64,000 bases of DNA from Candidatus Woesearchaeota archaeon (lineage in GTDB: Archaea > Nanobdellota > Nanobdellia > SCGC-AAA011-G17 > ARS1403), in contig JAGVZI010000020.1 in NCBI GenBank assembly GCA_018302705.1, positions 1,081 to 65,080 on the forward strand, in the 5' to 3' direction. Within the stretch, counting starts at the first letter, position 1, and each line of letters opens with the position of its first letter. A program made the position numbers and the translations under genes. This document shows, piece after piece, positions 47,318 to 56,747 of this stretch. Below the pieces are notes generated by a model. The model did no database searches. It saw only the letters and a program-made list of their open reading frames with translations, and had not been told where the DNA came from.

Positions 47318-47653
47318 ATGCATAAACCATTGGAGTTCATTTTGGAAGCAACATCCATGAACACAGGGAAAGTATCAGAAGGGAGGTTGCTAATCGCTGT
47401 TAGAGTAACATCTGTAAAATCCTTGAACCCAGAATGCTGTGATGGGTACATAGAAAGTCTAAGAAAACTTTATGAGTTAAGGGCGATAAACCCCCCTGAA
47501 TCATTTACCCCCAGATATGGGAGCAGGTTAAAAGTTTATGTTAGTATCACTCAAAGCGCAAACCTTCCAAAGGGGATATTCTATCCCCGCAAGATGGAGC
47601 TCCTGGATGAAAGTGGGAGGATCCTGTCTGTCTATGAAGAATGCTCGTTATAA
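47318..47653 (+). CDS. Hypothetical protein
   Basis: 111 aa. Confidence 0.3.
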   Translation: MHKPLEFILEATSMNTGKVSEGRLLIAVRVTSVKSLNPECCDGYIESLRKLYELRAINPPESFTPRYGSRLKVYVSITQSANLPKGIFYPRKMELLDESGRILSVYEECSL

Positions 47654-47702
47654 AAACTTAAAAAGATAATATTTTGAAATTTTTCTAAAAAGAAAAAAAT
47701 GG

Positions 47703-47897
47703 CTATTTCCTAGCCATATTTATTGCCCATAATGCAGCCAAACCTACCAAAACATAGACAATTCTCTCTAGCCAGGAAACCGATCCGAGAATAAGGTTCA
47801 CCAAATTAAAGTCGAGAGCGCCAATCAATCCCCAGTTTATTCCACCAATAATTACTAAGACTAAAGCAATCCAATCCCAAACACTTTTTTCGGCCAT
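47703..47897 (-). CDS. Small two-TM membrane protein
   Basis: 64 aa, hydrophobic. Confidence 0.35.
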   Translation of the reverse strand: MAEKSVWDWIALVLVIIGGINWGLIGALDFNLVNLILGSVSWLERIVYVLVGLAALWAINMARK

Positions 47898-47935
47898 TTT
47901 TTCTTCACCTCCTTTTTTTTATTTAAGTCTAAAAT

Positions 47936-48337
47936 TTAAATGAGCTCCTTAATTACCAATATAATCAGTAGCACCCAGATCAAAATCGACAGCCAGGCTT
48001 TTCTTGCAATGTTTTTTTCTTTCAATAGTTTTCTGCCTAGTTGCAATACCTCTTTAGAGTAAACAGCCATGCCCGCAGCACTAATCAAAACAACGAATAA
48101 GATAACTCCAAAAATCTGTACAATACTAATCTCTTGCAATAGCTGATAAAAAACAATACCCGCAAGTACTAAAGAAACAACAACGAAAGCTTTAGGATTC
48201 TTCCATACAACCTCGATAATATCAATCCATCTCTCGGGGTTCTTCAAAATAACCAGAATCTTTATCAAACTAACAACCACTACGACCCAAGCAAAGATTT
48301 CTATCGGAGTCATTCTAGCTAAGATATAGGGGTTCAA
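47936..48337 (-). CDS. Membrane protein (4 TM)
   Basis: 133 aa, hydrophobic. Confidence 0.4.
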   Translation of the reverse strand: MNPYILARMTPIEIFAWVVVVVSLIKILVILKNPERWIDIIEVVWKNPKAFVVVSLVLAGIVFYQLLQEISIVQIFGVILFVVLISAAGMAVYSKEVLQLGRKLLKEKNIARKAWLSILIWVLLIILVIKELI

Positions 48338-48429
48338 GCACTATATAAATATTCCTACACCCTGCCTGCTCACTCGTTTACTTTACATACACATCAAACA
48401 AGGAGAACAAAAGGATATAGTTGGAATGA

Positions 48430-48615
48430 GCAGGAGAGAAATCCGGGATAGAAAAAGAAATTTGTCCCAATGCTTTACGACATTCATTTGCAGTGCATCT
48501 ATCAGAAGATGGAAGGGACATAAGATCCATACAAAGATTACCGGGTTACACAGATTTATCGACGACGCATAGACCTACCTACAGAGGGCAGCTAAAGAAA
48601 GCGAAGATCCTCTAG
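48430..48615 (+). pseudogene. Integrase C-terminal fragment (61 codons, no start codon)
   Basis: ...NALRHSFAVHLSEDGRDIRSIQRLPGYTDLSTTHRPTYRGQLKKAKIL* has the RHxFA..HL...GxDxxxIQ..LGH...TT..Y box II of tyrosine recombinases. TGA lies immediately upstream and there is no N-terminal part. Confidence 0.6.
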
Positions 48616-48841
48616 AAGCCTAGGATTATCTTAAAAATTCGACGAAAATATTTAATCTACCGACGATAAATTTATATACTTCCTAGTCTTCTCAATATCA
48701 ATCCCAATTAACTTCGGGAAAGAGAGGTGAGAGAATGGTTGTTGGCATTTGCCGGTAACCTTCTTTCTAGTTTCAGATGACATACCTGCCACGTGCGCAC
48801 AGCATTTATAAACAAAAAGTAAGTCTTTATCCTCGATAAAA

Positions 48842-49105
48842 ATGAAAAGTCTAAGTAAAGAACATAAAAGGAAATTAAGCATATCTCAAAGAAAGAGGTT
48901 TTCTTTAAATAGATTTCCTGAAGAAGTTAAAAAGAAAATAAGCGAGGCTAAAAAAATTAGGTGTTATGAAGAAACAGAAGAGGGGAGAATACAATATTTC
49001 AAAAAATTGGGTTATCAAACTTTAATTAATTGGGAGAAAGAACTAAAAAAACCAGAAATTGTTTTAGAAAAAATAAACAATTTTAAATATAATCTTCATC
49101 CATAA
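48842..49105 (+). CDS. Small basic protein
   Basis: 87 aa, Lys/Arg-rich. Confidence 0.3.
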   Translation: MKSLSKEHKRKLSISQRKRFSLNRFPEEVKKKISEAKKIRCYEETEEGRIQYFKKLGYQTLINWEKELKKPEIVLEKINNFKYNLHP

Positions 49106-49402
49106 AAAAGGAGGTGAACTAAAATGGGCAAGGTTTTAGTCAAGAACGTTATAAAAAGAAAAGCCGGATATCTATACTATTGATTTTAATCTGCGGGTTA
49201 AATCGGGAAAGTGGACGGCAAAGGTAATCTAAAACTGCTTAGGTAGTTTGGACCTTAGATGTCTGCGAAGCAAAGATGTCCCGAGGCGGAAGAAGAAAGA
49301 AAGCCTCAAAAAGGAGAAGGTGACTTCTTCTTTTTTTCTTTTTGTTTCAATTTTCTAGCTAAATATTTATATACAAGTTATTCTCTGCTAATTAGCTAAA
49401 AG

Positions 49403-49495
49403 ATGGTGACCTACCTTTGCAAATACTGCGGCTCAACTTCAGCGTCGCAAAAAACCTGCTGCGATGAAGACATGGTGTTAGTTGCAACCAAATAA
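49403..49495 (+). CDS. Tiny 30-aa Cys-rich peptide (zinc-knuckle-like)
   Basis: MVTYLCKYCGSTSASQKTCCDEDMVLVATK: CxxC + CC. Below the track length cut-off. Confidence 0.25.
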   Translation: MVTYLCKYCGSTSASQKTCCDEDMVLVATK

Positions 49496-49515
49496 GTCTA
49501 TGTAATTTCACAAAA

Positions 49516-49752
49516 ATGGAAGAGAAAAATTTAGTCTTGTTCAGATTGGAAGGTTGCCCCTATTGCAAAAGGGCAGAAGATGAATTGAAAAAGAAAGGCA
49601 TTAAATACAGAAAAATAGAGGTCATGCCTGAAAAATCAAAACGTGAAATTCTAAAAAAGGTTTCAGGCCAGGATTCTGTTCCAGTCCTAGTTGAAGTCAT
49701 CGGTGCAAAAAACCAAGATGATGACATCATCGAATGGTTAAAGTCTGAATAG
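49516..49752 (+). CDS. Glutaredoxin-like protein
   Basis: CPYC active-site motif (LFRLEGCPYCKRAEDELKKKGIKY), 78 aa. Confidence 0.7.
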   Translation: MEEKNLVLFRLEGCPYCKRAEDELKKKGIKYRKIEVMPEKSKREILKKVSGQDSVPVLVEVIGAKNQDDDIIEWLKSE

Positions 49753-49766
49753 TTATTCTCCTAATG

Positions 49767-49997
49767 TTATTCTTCTAATAAATCAGGCAATTCCCTTCCA
49801 TTGGTTCTTTCCCACATCCTAGTTTGAGCGCTTCCAAAATCAAGGCACCCATCACTCCCTATTATTTTATAAGACCTAACATTAAGTTTTTCCAGGTTAG
49901 AACGCCCGTCCTCGTCATGAGTTGTATAGGTATAATGTACCTCTCCGGCATGATCAACTAACTCATATACGTCATATAGTTTTTCCGTCATTCTCAA
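49767..49997 (-). CDS. Small hypothetical protein
   Basis: 76 aa. Confidence 0.3.
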   Translation of the reverse strand: MRMTEKLYDVYELVDHAGEVHYTYTTHDEDGRSNLEKLNVRSYKIIGSDGCLDFGSAQTRMWERTNGRELPDLLEE

Positions 49998-50005
49998 ATA
50001 AAAAA

Positions 50006-50281
50006 TTAAAGCAGATCCTTTATCCTTCCTATGTGGTCCGCAATTTTATTCCCCGTATCTGTCAACTGTATCACTTTAATCCTTCCCTGCTTCTCAAAGC
50101 CGACCAAGCCGGCTTTTTCCATCTCCTGCAGAATTTTCACAGTATGGGAGTAAGTGCAGTCAACTTCCTTTGCTAAAACACTGCCGTATCTATTTCTTAA
50201 ATTCTTCTTCAAAGCCACCAATATCATCGCAGGCTTTCTTCTAAAAAATACCTCAAAGATTTCCTTCTTTTGCTTTGTCAT
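50006..50281 (-). CDS. Winged-helix transcription regulator (ArsR/MarR-like)
   Basis: 91 aa, SVLAKEVDCTYSHTVKILQEMEKAGLVGFEKQGRIKVIQLTDTG. Confidence 0.5.
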   Translation of the reverse strand: MTKQKKEIFEVFFRRKPAMILVALKKNLRNRYGSVLAKEVDCTYSHTVKILQEMEKAGLVGFEKQGRIKVIQLTDTGNKIADHIGRIKDLL

Positions 50282-50445
50282 TTAGTTTCCCCCTAACCAC
50301 CTCTCCAACACTCATGTTTTAACGTATATTTAAATACTTATCGTTCAAATTTTAATTTTTTCAACCCCTTTATTCTAGAATATGGGTTCTAAAAATTTAT
50401 AAGCTTAACCATAAGTTTTAAATTAACCTTTTAATTAGCTATCTT

Positions 50446-51726
50446 ATGCTAGATATAAGGTTTTTAAAAGAAAATCCGAAATTAGTTAAGGAAAACATAA
50501 GGAAAAAATATCAGGAAGGCAAATTAGTTCTCGTCGATAAAATAATAGAAAATTACTCAAGGGTCTTGAAGTTAAAGAAAGAAGCAGAAGAGTTGCGCCA
50601 TAGAAGGAACAAGCTTTCAATGGAGATAAACGCTTTAGTTAAAAGAAAAGTTGATGCATCTCCAATTATAAAAGAAGTAAAAGGAATCCCTGGAAAAATA
50701 AAAGACCTTGAAGATAAGAAGCACGAGCTTGAGTTGGAAATGAACCTCCGGCTCATACAAATTCCAAACATAATGCATCCGTCCGTGCCTAAAGGAAAGG
50801 ATCATCTGCAGAACAAAGTGATAAAGAAGCAAGGCAAGGTTCCAAAGTTTAATTTTCAAGTGAGAAACCATGTTGAGCTCGGCGAGCATCTCGGAATTTT
50901 GGATTTTGACTCCTCAGCAGAAACTTCTGGGAATGGATTCTATTATTTGAAAGGGAAATTAGCCCTGCTGAATCAGGCCCTGATTAGGTTCATTATTGAT
51001 TTCATGCAGTTAAAAAAGTACCAGTACATTGAAACCCCATTAATGATAAATAAAAAAGTGGCTGCAGCAGCAGGAGATTTAGACGCGTTCGAAAAAGCGC
51101 TATACAAGATTGAAGCAGAAGATCTGTATCTGGTTCCGACAGCAGAGCACTCATTATTGGGGATGCATTCAAATAAAACATTTTCAGATGAGGATCTTCC
51201 AAGAAAATATTTCTCATACTCAATGTGCTTCAGGAAAGAAATCGGAAGCCATGGAATAAATGAAAAAGGTTTGTGGAGAACTCATCAGTTCAATAAAGTT
51301 GAGCAGTTTATTTTTTGCAGGCCAGACGAGTCTTGGAAGATGTATGAGGAATTAAGAAAGAATACAGAGCAGATTTTTCAGAAATTAAAGCTACCTTATA
51401 GAATCCTGGAGTCGTGCTCAGGAGATTTAGGAAATTGGAAGGCAAAATCAGAAGATCTGGAAGTTTACAGGCCGACGACAAAGCAGTACGAGGAAGTTAC
51501 TTCATTAAGCAACTGCGCTGATTTCCAAGCAAGGGATTTGAATATAAAATTTGTTAACAAAAAAGGAGAGAAGCAGGTAGTGCACACATTAAACAACACG
51601 GCAATAGCAACATCTCGCGCTTTAGTCGCAATAATGGAAAGCTATCAGACAAAGAATGGAGAGATAAAAGTTCCGGCTGTGCTGCAGAAATATACGGGGT
51701 TCAAAGATATAGAAAAGCATAAATAA
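50446..51726 (+). CDS. serS: Seryl-tRNA synthetase
   Basis: N-terminal coiled-coil arm plus class II core; resembles seryl-tRNA synthetases. 426 aa. Confidence 0.85.
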   Translation: MLDIRFLKENPKLVKENIRKKYQEGKLVLVDKIIENYSRVLKLKKEAEELRHRRNKLSMEINALVKRKVDASPIIKEVKGIPGKIKDLEDKKHELELEMNLRLIQIPNIMHPSVPKGKDHLQNKVIKKQGKVPKFNFQVRNHVELGEHLGILDFDSSAETSGNGFYYLKGKLALLNQALIRFIIDFMQLKKYQYIETPLMINKKVAAAAGDLDAFEKALYKIEAEDLYLVPTAEHSLLGMHSNKTFSDEDLPRKYFSYSMCFRKEIGSHGINEKGLWRTHQFNKVEQFIFCRPDESWKMYEELRKNTEQIFQKLKLPYRILESCSGDLGNWKAKSEDLEVYRPTTKQYEEVTSLSNCADFQARDLNIKFVNKKGEKQVVHTLNNTAIATSRALVAIMESYQTKNGEIKVPAVLQKYTGFKDIEKHK

Positions 51727-51752
51727 ATCCTGCACAATAGAAATCTATTTTA

Positions 51753-52064
51753 ATGTTGAAGATTAACCAATGTGCTATGGCAAAGAAACCAAAAGATCAA
51801 GTTGAAAAGGAAATAGAAACCGGCGACAGGGACGAGGATATCTATACAGGGGAGGGGAGGGAAGTAGCAGAAGACGAAGAGGTAATTACAAATGCAGAGG
51901 AAGGATTTATGGAAGGGTATGAAGGGGATGCAAGGGCAGTAAAGTGTGCAAAATGCGGCGTCATGTTAGAGGAAGATTTCATCGAGGAAGAAATAGATGA
52001 TGAAGAATATCGTTTTTGCTCAGAAAGGTGCGCGGAAACTTTTAAAAAGCCAAAAAAACGCTAG
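51753..52064 (+). CDS. Acidic zinc-ribbon protein
   Basis: CAKCGV...RFCSERC, Glu/Asp-rich. Confidence 0.4.
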   Translation: MLKINQCAMAKKPKDQVEKEIETGDRDEDIYTGEGREVAEDEEVITNAEEGFMEGYEGDARAVKCAKCGVMLEEDFIEEEIDDEEYRFCSERCAETFKKPKKR

Positions 52065-52070
52065 TTCTTT

Positions 52071-52673
52071 ATGAAAATACTCGCAGCTTCTGATCTTCAT
52101 GGGGATATTAATCTAGCTAAAAGATTGGCGGAGAAAGCAGAAAAGGAAAAAGTAGACATGGTTTTCTTATGCGGTGATTTAACTCTCAATGAAGTTTCAA
52201 CAGAGGGCCTTATAGGTCCGTTTAAAGAAAAAGGTTTGAAAGTAGGCATTATCCCTGGGAATCATGAGTCGCCTGCAACTTCAAATTTCTTGGTTGAAAT
52301 GTATAAACTGATTAATCTTCATGGCTACTCGTATTATATGAATCGGGTTGGGATGTTTGGTTGTGGCTCAGCTAACATGGGCTTGTTCCAATTATCAGAA
52401 GAGGAAATATTTGATTCTCTTGAAAAGGGTCATAGCTACATCGAAGGCACTCAGAAAAAAATAATGGTAACACATGTTCATCCCTCAGGAAGTTTAATAG
52501 AAAGATTTACTCATTTTTTCCCGGGAAGCGGAGCAGTAAGAGATGCAATTGAAAGATTCCAGCCAGACCTAGCTTTATGCGGCCATGTTCATGAAGCAGA
52601 GGGCATTGAGGAAAAGATTGGCAAGACAAAATTGATTAACGTAGGAAGACACGGAAAAATTATTGAGATATAG
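52071..52673 (+). CDS. Calcineurin-like metallophosphoesterase
   Basis: SDLHGD...GDL...GNHE...HVH...GHVH motifs. Confidence 0.75.
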   Translation: MKILAASDLHGDINLAKRLAEKAEKEKVDMVFLCGDLTLNEVSTEGLIGPFKEKGLKVGIIPGNHESPATSNFLVEMYKLINLHGYSYYMNRVGMFGCGSANMGLFQLSEEEIFDSLEKGHSYIEGTQKKIMVTHVHPSGSLIERFTHFFPGSGAVRDAIERFQPDLALCGHVHEAEGIEEKIGKTKLINVGRHGKIIEI

Positions 52674-52700
52674 ATATAATGAAACGGGTTCTATTTTAAG

Positions 52701-54890
52701 ATGGTGGAATTAATTATTTCAGAGAAACCAAGTCAGGCGCAGAAAATAGCTGAAGCATTATCAGATACAAAGCCTAAGAAAATCGTCGATAACAAGGTTT
52801 CTTATTACGAGCTGACGCATAAAGGAAAAAAAATATTTGTGGGGTGTGCAGTCGGGCATCTTTTCAATTTAAGAGAGAAAAACAAGAAAGGCTGGACATA
52901 TCCAGTATTTGATACAGAATGGGCCCCGAGCTATGAATTAAATAAGAATTCAGGTTTCACAAAAAAATACATAGAGATTTTATCAAAACTTACAAAGAGT
53001 AGCAATGAATTTGTAGTCGCATGCGATTATGATTTGGAAGGAAGCCTGATCGGCTACAATGTTCTGAGATTTATTGCAAACAAAAAAGATGGAAAAAGGA
53101 TGAAGTTTTCCACACTGACAAAAGAAGAGCTTCAAGAGTCTTATGAACGTGCATCAAAGCATCTGGATTTTCCGTTGATAGAATCAGGAGAAGCAAGGCA
53201 TATAATCGACTTTTATTTCGGCATTAATCTTTCAAGAGCTTTAACCCTGTCAATTAAGAATGCAACAAATAGATTCAAGATTTTATCCTCTGGAAGAGTT
53301 CAAGGACCAACATTGAAAATTCTTGCTGAGAGAGAACTTGAAATTCAGAAATTTAAGCCCAAGCTGTATTGGGAGTTAGAAGCCCTCGGGGATATTTATT
53401 CGAAACACAAGAAGGATAAATTCTGGGATGGGAAGGAAGTAAAAAAGGTTTACGAAAAAATAAAAAATGAAAAATCCGCAGTTGTAAAAAAAGTAATTAA
53501 AAAAATTCAAAGCCAATCGCCGCCCAATCCGTTTGATTTAACCGCACTTCAATTAGAAGCATACAGGCTTTTTAAAATAAACCCAAAAGATTCTCTGGCC
53601 ATAGCTCAAACCCTCTACACTAAAGCTTATATTTCATATCCAAGAACAAGCTCGAACCAGTTTCCCCCGCAAATAAATATTCGGTTGATAATCCATAAAC
53701 TTTCAGCTCAGAAGGAGTACGCAAAACTTTGTCAGGAGTTGCTTGCAAGAAAAGAACTGAAGCCTAATAATGGCAAGAAAACAGACCCGGCTCATCCGGC
53801 AATATCCCCAACAGGAATAGAGCCAAGAAAACTTTCAGACAGGGAAAATAAAATCTACGACTTAATTGTTCGCAGAACTCTTGCAACACTTGCAGATCCA
53901 GCCAAAAGAGAGTCGGTTTCCATTGATTTAGACATTAAGAAAGAGCCGTTTATATCAACAGGCATAAGGACCATCGATCCAGGATGGCACAGGTTTTATG
54001 GAAGATATGCAAACTTCGACGAGATAAATCTCCCGGATATGAAAGAAGGCGATCTTGTTAAAATTAAAAAAATAAATCTCCTCAGCAAAGAGACTCAGCC
54101 GCCAAAGCGGTATACGCCCGCATCTACAATTAAGGAGCTCGAGCAAAAAAATCTCGGGACAAAAGCAACAAGGGCGAGTATAATCGATGCATTATATCAG
54201 AGAAATTACATTGTAGGTCAATCAATCCAGGTTACAACCCTTGGATTAAAAACAGTTCAAACCCTCGAGAAGTACTGCCCGGAAATACTCGACGAGGAAA
54301 TGACCCGCAAATTGGAACAGGATATGGAAGAGATAAGGGAGAAAAAAGAAACAAAAGAAAAAGTTATACACGATGCTGAAAAACACCTGTCAAAGGTATT
54401 AAAACATTTTAAGGAAAATGAATTAAAAATTGGAAAAGAGCTGTCAGAGGCAAACATTGAAACCCTCGAGCAGGAATCTAGAATAGGGCAGTGCCCGGAA
54501 TGTAAAGAAGGGACCTTATCAATAAAGAGGGGGAAATTTGGGTTATTCATCGCATGTGATCGATATAAAGAAGGGTGTAAAACAACGTTTTCGCTTCCAA
54601 GCAATGCATTAGTAAAGCCGACAGGAAAAATATGCAAGGAATGTAATTACCCGGAAATCTTAGTGATAAGAAGGGGAAAGAGGCCGCAGTCTGTGTGTTT
54701 AAATGTGGACTGCAAGACAAAAGCAGTTCCTCAAGAGGTTTTGAAAGAAAAAAGAAAATGCCCCAAATGCAGCAGCCAGCTGATCATCAGGAAAAGTTTA
54801 TATGGTTCGTTTTTTTCTTGTCCCAATTATCCAAAATGCAAACATATAGAATCCCTACAAAACAAAAATGAAAGCCCAAAAATTTCTTAA
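52701..54890 (+). CDS. topA: DNA topoisomerase IA (topo I/III) with C-terminal zinc ribbons
   Basis: TOPRIM N-terminus, active-site region ISYPRTSS, C-terminal CxxC...CxxC repeats. Confidence 0.85.
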   Translation: MVELIISEKPSQAQKIAEALSDTKPKKIVDNKVSYYELTHKGKKIFVGCAVGHLFNLREKNKKGWTYPVFDTEWAPSYELNKNSGFTKKYIEILSKLTKSSNEFVVACDYDLEGSLIGYNVLRFIANKKDGKRMKFSTLTKEELQESYERASKHLDFPLIESGEARHIIDFYFGINLSRALTLSIKNATNRFKILSSGRVQGPTLKILAERELEIQKFKPKLYWELEALGDIYSKHKKDKFWDGKEVKKVYEKIKNEKSAVVKKVIKKIQSQSPPNPFDLTALQLEAYRLFKINPKDSLAIAQTLYTKAYISYPRTSSNQFPPQINIRLIIHKLSAQKEYAKLCQELLARKELKPNNGKKTDPAHPAISPTGIEPRKLSDRENKIYDLIVRRTLATLADPAKRESVSIDLDIKKEPFISTGIRTIDPGWHRFYGRYANFDEINLPDMKEGDLVKIKKINLLSKETQPPKRYTPASTIKELEQKNLGTKATRASIIDALYQRNYIVGQSIQVTTLGLKTVQTLEKYCPEILDEEMTRKLEQDMEEIREKKETKEKVIHDAEKHLSKVLKHFKENELKIGKELSEANIETLEQESRIGQCPECKEGTLSIKRGKFGLFIACDRYKEGCKTTFSLPSNALVKPTGKICKECNYPEILVIRRGKRPQSVCLNVDCKTKAVPQEVLKEKRKCPKCSSQLIIRKSLYGSFFSCPNYPKCKHIESLQNKNESPKIS

Positions 54891-55611
54891 GTTTCTAAGC
54901 AATTCTTTTGCAGGTCTCCTTTTCACACTAGCTTTTTTCCTGCTCTTCGCGTCTATATTCCTTTCCAGTTTGCTTGATAACCTTCATGTTTTAGAATCAT
55001 CTTTGCAGGAGGAGTTATCAGATAAAAATTTTATCCTCGAGCAGATCGCAAAAGAATCGAACTTAACTCAGCAGCAAGTAATAGGAATATGCAAGCAGGA
55101 TCCAAGTCAGTCGGAATGCGAGCAGATAGAAAATACTGAGCTGGCAACTAAGCCTGTAATAGACGAGATAAATAAACAGCTGTCCCCTTATAAATCATTA
55201 ATAGGGAATTCAAAATTTCTGGCGTTGTTGCCCTTTGCTCTCAGCATCTTATTTTATTTTTTAGGCACAGTCTCTATCTACGCATCTTTATTCAAGGTTT
55301 CAATTAATGCTTTAATCTCCTCGATATTTGGATATATCGCCTTTAGTTCATTGCCCAAATTTATTCCCGGAGTAGTTGATCAGGCATTCAATATAATCTC
55401 GGCAGATATCTCAAATGAGCTTCCTGTTGGTTTTAAAGAGAGCATCGTCACTGTAATGAGCAGCTGGTTGAAAAACCCCATAGCTAATGTAAACAAATTA
55501 TTCTTCTATATAATAGTGGTTTCTATTCTCACTTCAATCGTTTTTTATTTTCTCAAAAAGGGGCACATCTCATCCCCCGCAGTAACTGAAAATGAAAAAT
55601 CACGGCCTTAA
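54868..55611 (+). CDS. Hypothetical membrane protein
   Basis: 247 aa, several TM helices. Confidence 0.4.
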   Translation: MKAQKFLKFLSNSFAGLLFTLAFFLLFASIFLSSLLDNLHVLESSLQEELSDKNFILEQIAKESNLTQQQVIGICKQDPSQSECEQIENTELATKPVIDEINKQLSPYKSLIGNSKFLALLPFALSILFYFLGTVSIYASLFKVSINALISSIFGYIAFSSLPKFIPGVVDQAFNIISADISNELPVGFKESIVTVMSSWLKNPIANVNKLFFYIIVVSILTSIVFYFLKKGHISSPAVTENEKSRP

Positions 55612-55653
55612 TTAACCATAATGTTTATATTCTTAAATGCATAATTCTGATAT

Positions 55654-56193
55654 ATGTATAGAAAAAGAGATTTCTCTGAAGTGCTTTCGTCTGAACTAGT
55701 ATCTGCGACAGGAGGGATTATCGCAGGAACCTTATTGGCAATATTCACAGATAAGCTTTTTTTGCTTCCGGGTTTATTTATCTTCCTCCCGGGGTTTCTC
55801 CAGTTAAAAGGAGCAATCGCAGGTTCATTAGCTGCAAGGCTTGGAACAGAGCTTCATACAAGAAGGATAAGGCCTGGAAAAAAATCAAGGTTGATTACTG
55901 AAAATAAATTAGCCTCCTTTATCCTAATATTTTTTGTTAGCCTGGTATTAGGCGTGACAGCTTATTTATTAACATTTTTTTTATTCAATCAAAATTATCC
56001 GAGGCTTTTGCTTATCCCTTTATTAGCCGCAGTAATCTCCTCTATATTTTTATTCCCTCTAACAACGAAGCTGACTCTCTGGATGTATAAGCATCATCAC
56101 GATCCCGACAATGTAATCGGACCTTATGTAACTACATTAGGAGATATAGAAAGTATATTATCGATATTGTTTGCAATAATTGTATTGACATGA
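55654..56193 (+). CDS. MgtE-type (SLC41-like) divalent cation transporter TM domain protein
   Basis: LPGFLQLKGAIAGSLAARLGTEL resembles the MgtE TM motif. Tandem with a paralog. Confidence 0.45.
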   Translation: MYRKRDFSEVLSSELVSATGGIIAGTLLAIFTDKLFLLPGLFIFLPGFLQLKGAIAGSLAARLGTELHTRRIRPGKKSRLITENKLASFILIFFVSLVLGVTAYLLTFFLFNQNYPRLLLIPLLAAVISSIFLFPLTTKLTLWMYKHHHDPDNVIGPYVTTLGDIESILSILFAIIVLT

Positions 56194-56747
56194 ATCTTGA
56201 AACAAGAATTATAAAGGAAAGCTTGGGAATATTAATTTTGGCTTCAATAATTAGCACTCTCGGAGGGATAGGGTTAGAAATGGTCCAGAAGAAAATCCTA
56301 ACAACCCTGCCTCTGTTAATCCTGTTCCCGGCGCTTAATAACATGGTTGGAGGTTTTGGCATTGCTTTCTCTTCCAGGTACACAACTCTGTTGCAGCAGA
56401 AAAAACTTGGAAAGAAAAAATTCATGAATAAAGCATTAAGGGAGCATTTTATATTAATTCTAAAGGTCTCTGCCATCGCTGCCTTCTATATTTCAACTCT
56501 TTCTTTAGTCGTAGCTTCATTGAAGGAATTCACATTCAACCCGTTTTTATACCTTAAAATCCTTGCAGTAACAATAATAACAACAATATCCTTGGTTTCA
56601 TTAATCGCCGTGATCTCGGTACTGGCTGGAAGATATTTCATAAAGAAAAAAGAAGATCCAGATAATCTGTTAATCCCGATTACAACCTCTATCGCAGACC
56701 TCGGCTCTATGATAATCTTTTCTTTACTTATTTTTATCCTCTTCTAA
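56190..56747 (+). CDS. MgtE-type TM domain protein (paralog)
   Basis: FPALNNMVGGFGIAFSSRYTTLL. Overlaps the upstream gene by 4 nt. Confidence 0.45.
   Translation: MNLETRIIKESLGILILASIISTLGGIGLEMVQKKILTTLPLLILFPALNNMVGGFGIAFSSRYTTLLQQKKLGKKKFMNKALREHFILILKVSAIAAFYISTLSLVVASLKEFTFNPFLYLKILAVTIITTISLVSLIAVISVLAGRYFIKKKEDPDNLLIPITTSIADLGSMIIFSLLIFILF

Noticed and set aside
43735-48455. tRNA genes near the integrase fragments (expected attachment sites)
   Set aside because: I looked for GGTTCRAATCC-type T-arms and cloverleaf pairing around 43735-43800, 48340-48455 and 49190-49310 and found none convincing. Intron-containing or split tRNAs cannot be excluded without tRNAscan/Infernal.
48426-48575. 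ATG-initiated frame MSRREIRDRKRNL... overlapping the integrase fragment
   Set aside because: It is a different frame with no homology. The +1 frame gives a textbook integrase box II, so this ATG frame is coincidental.
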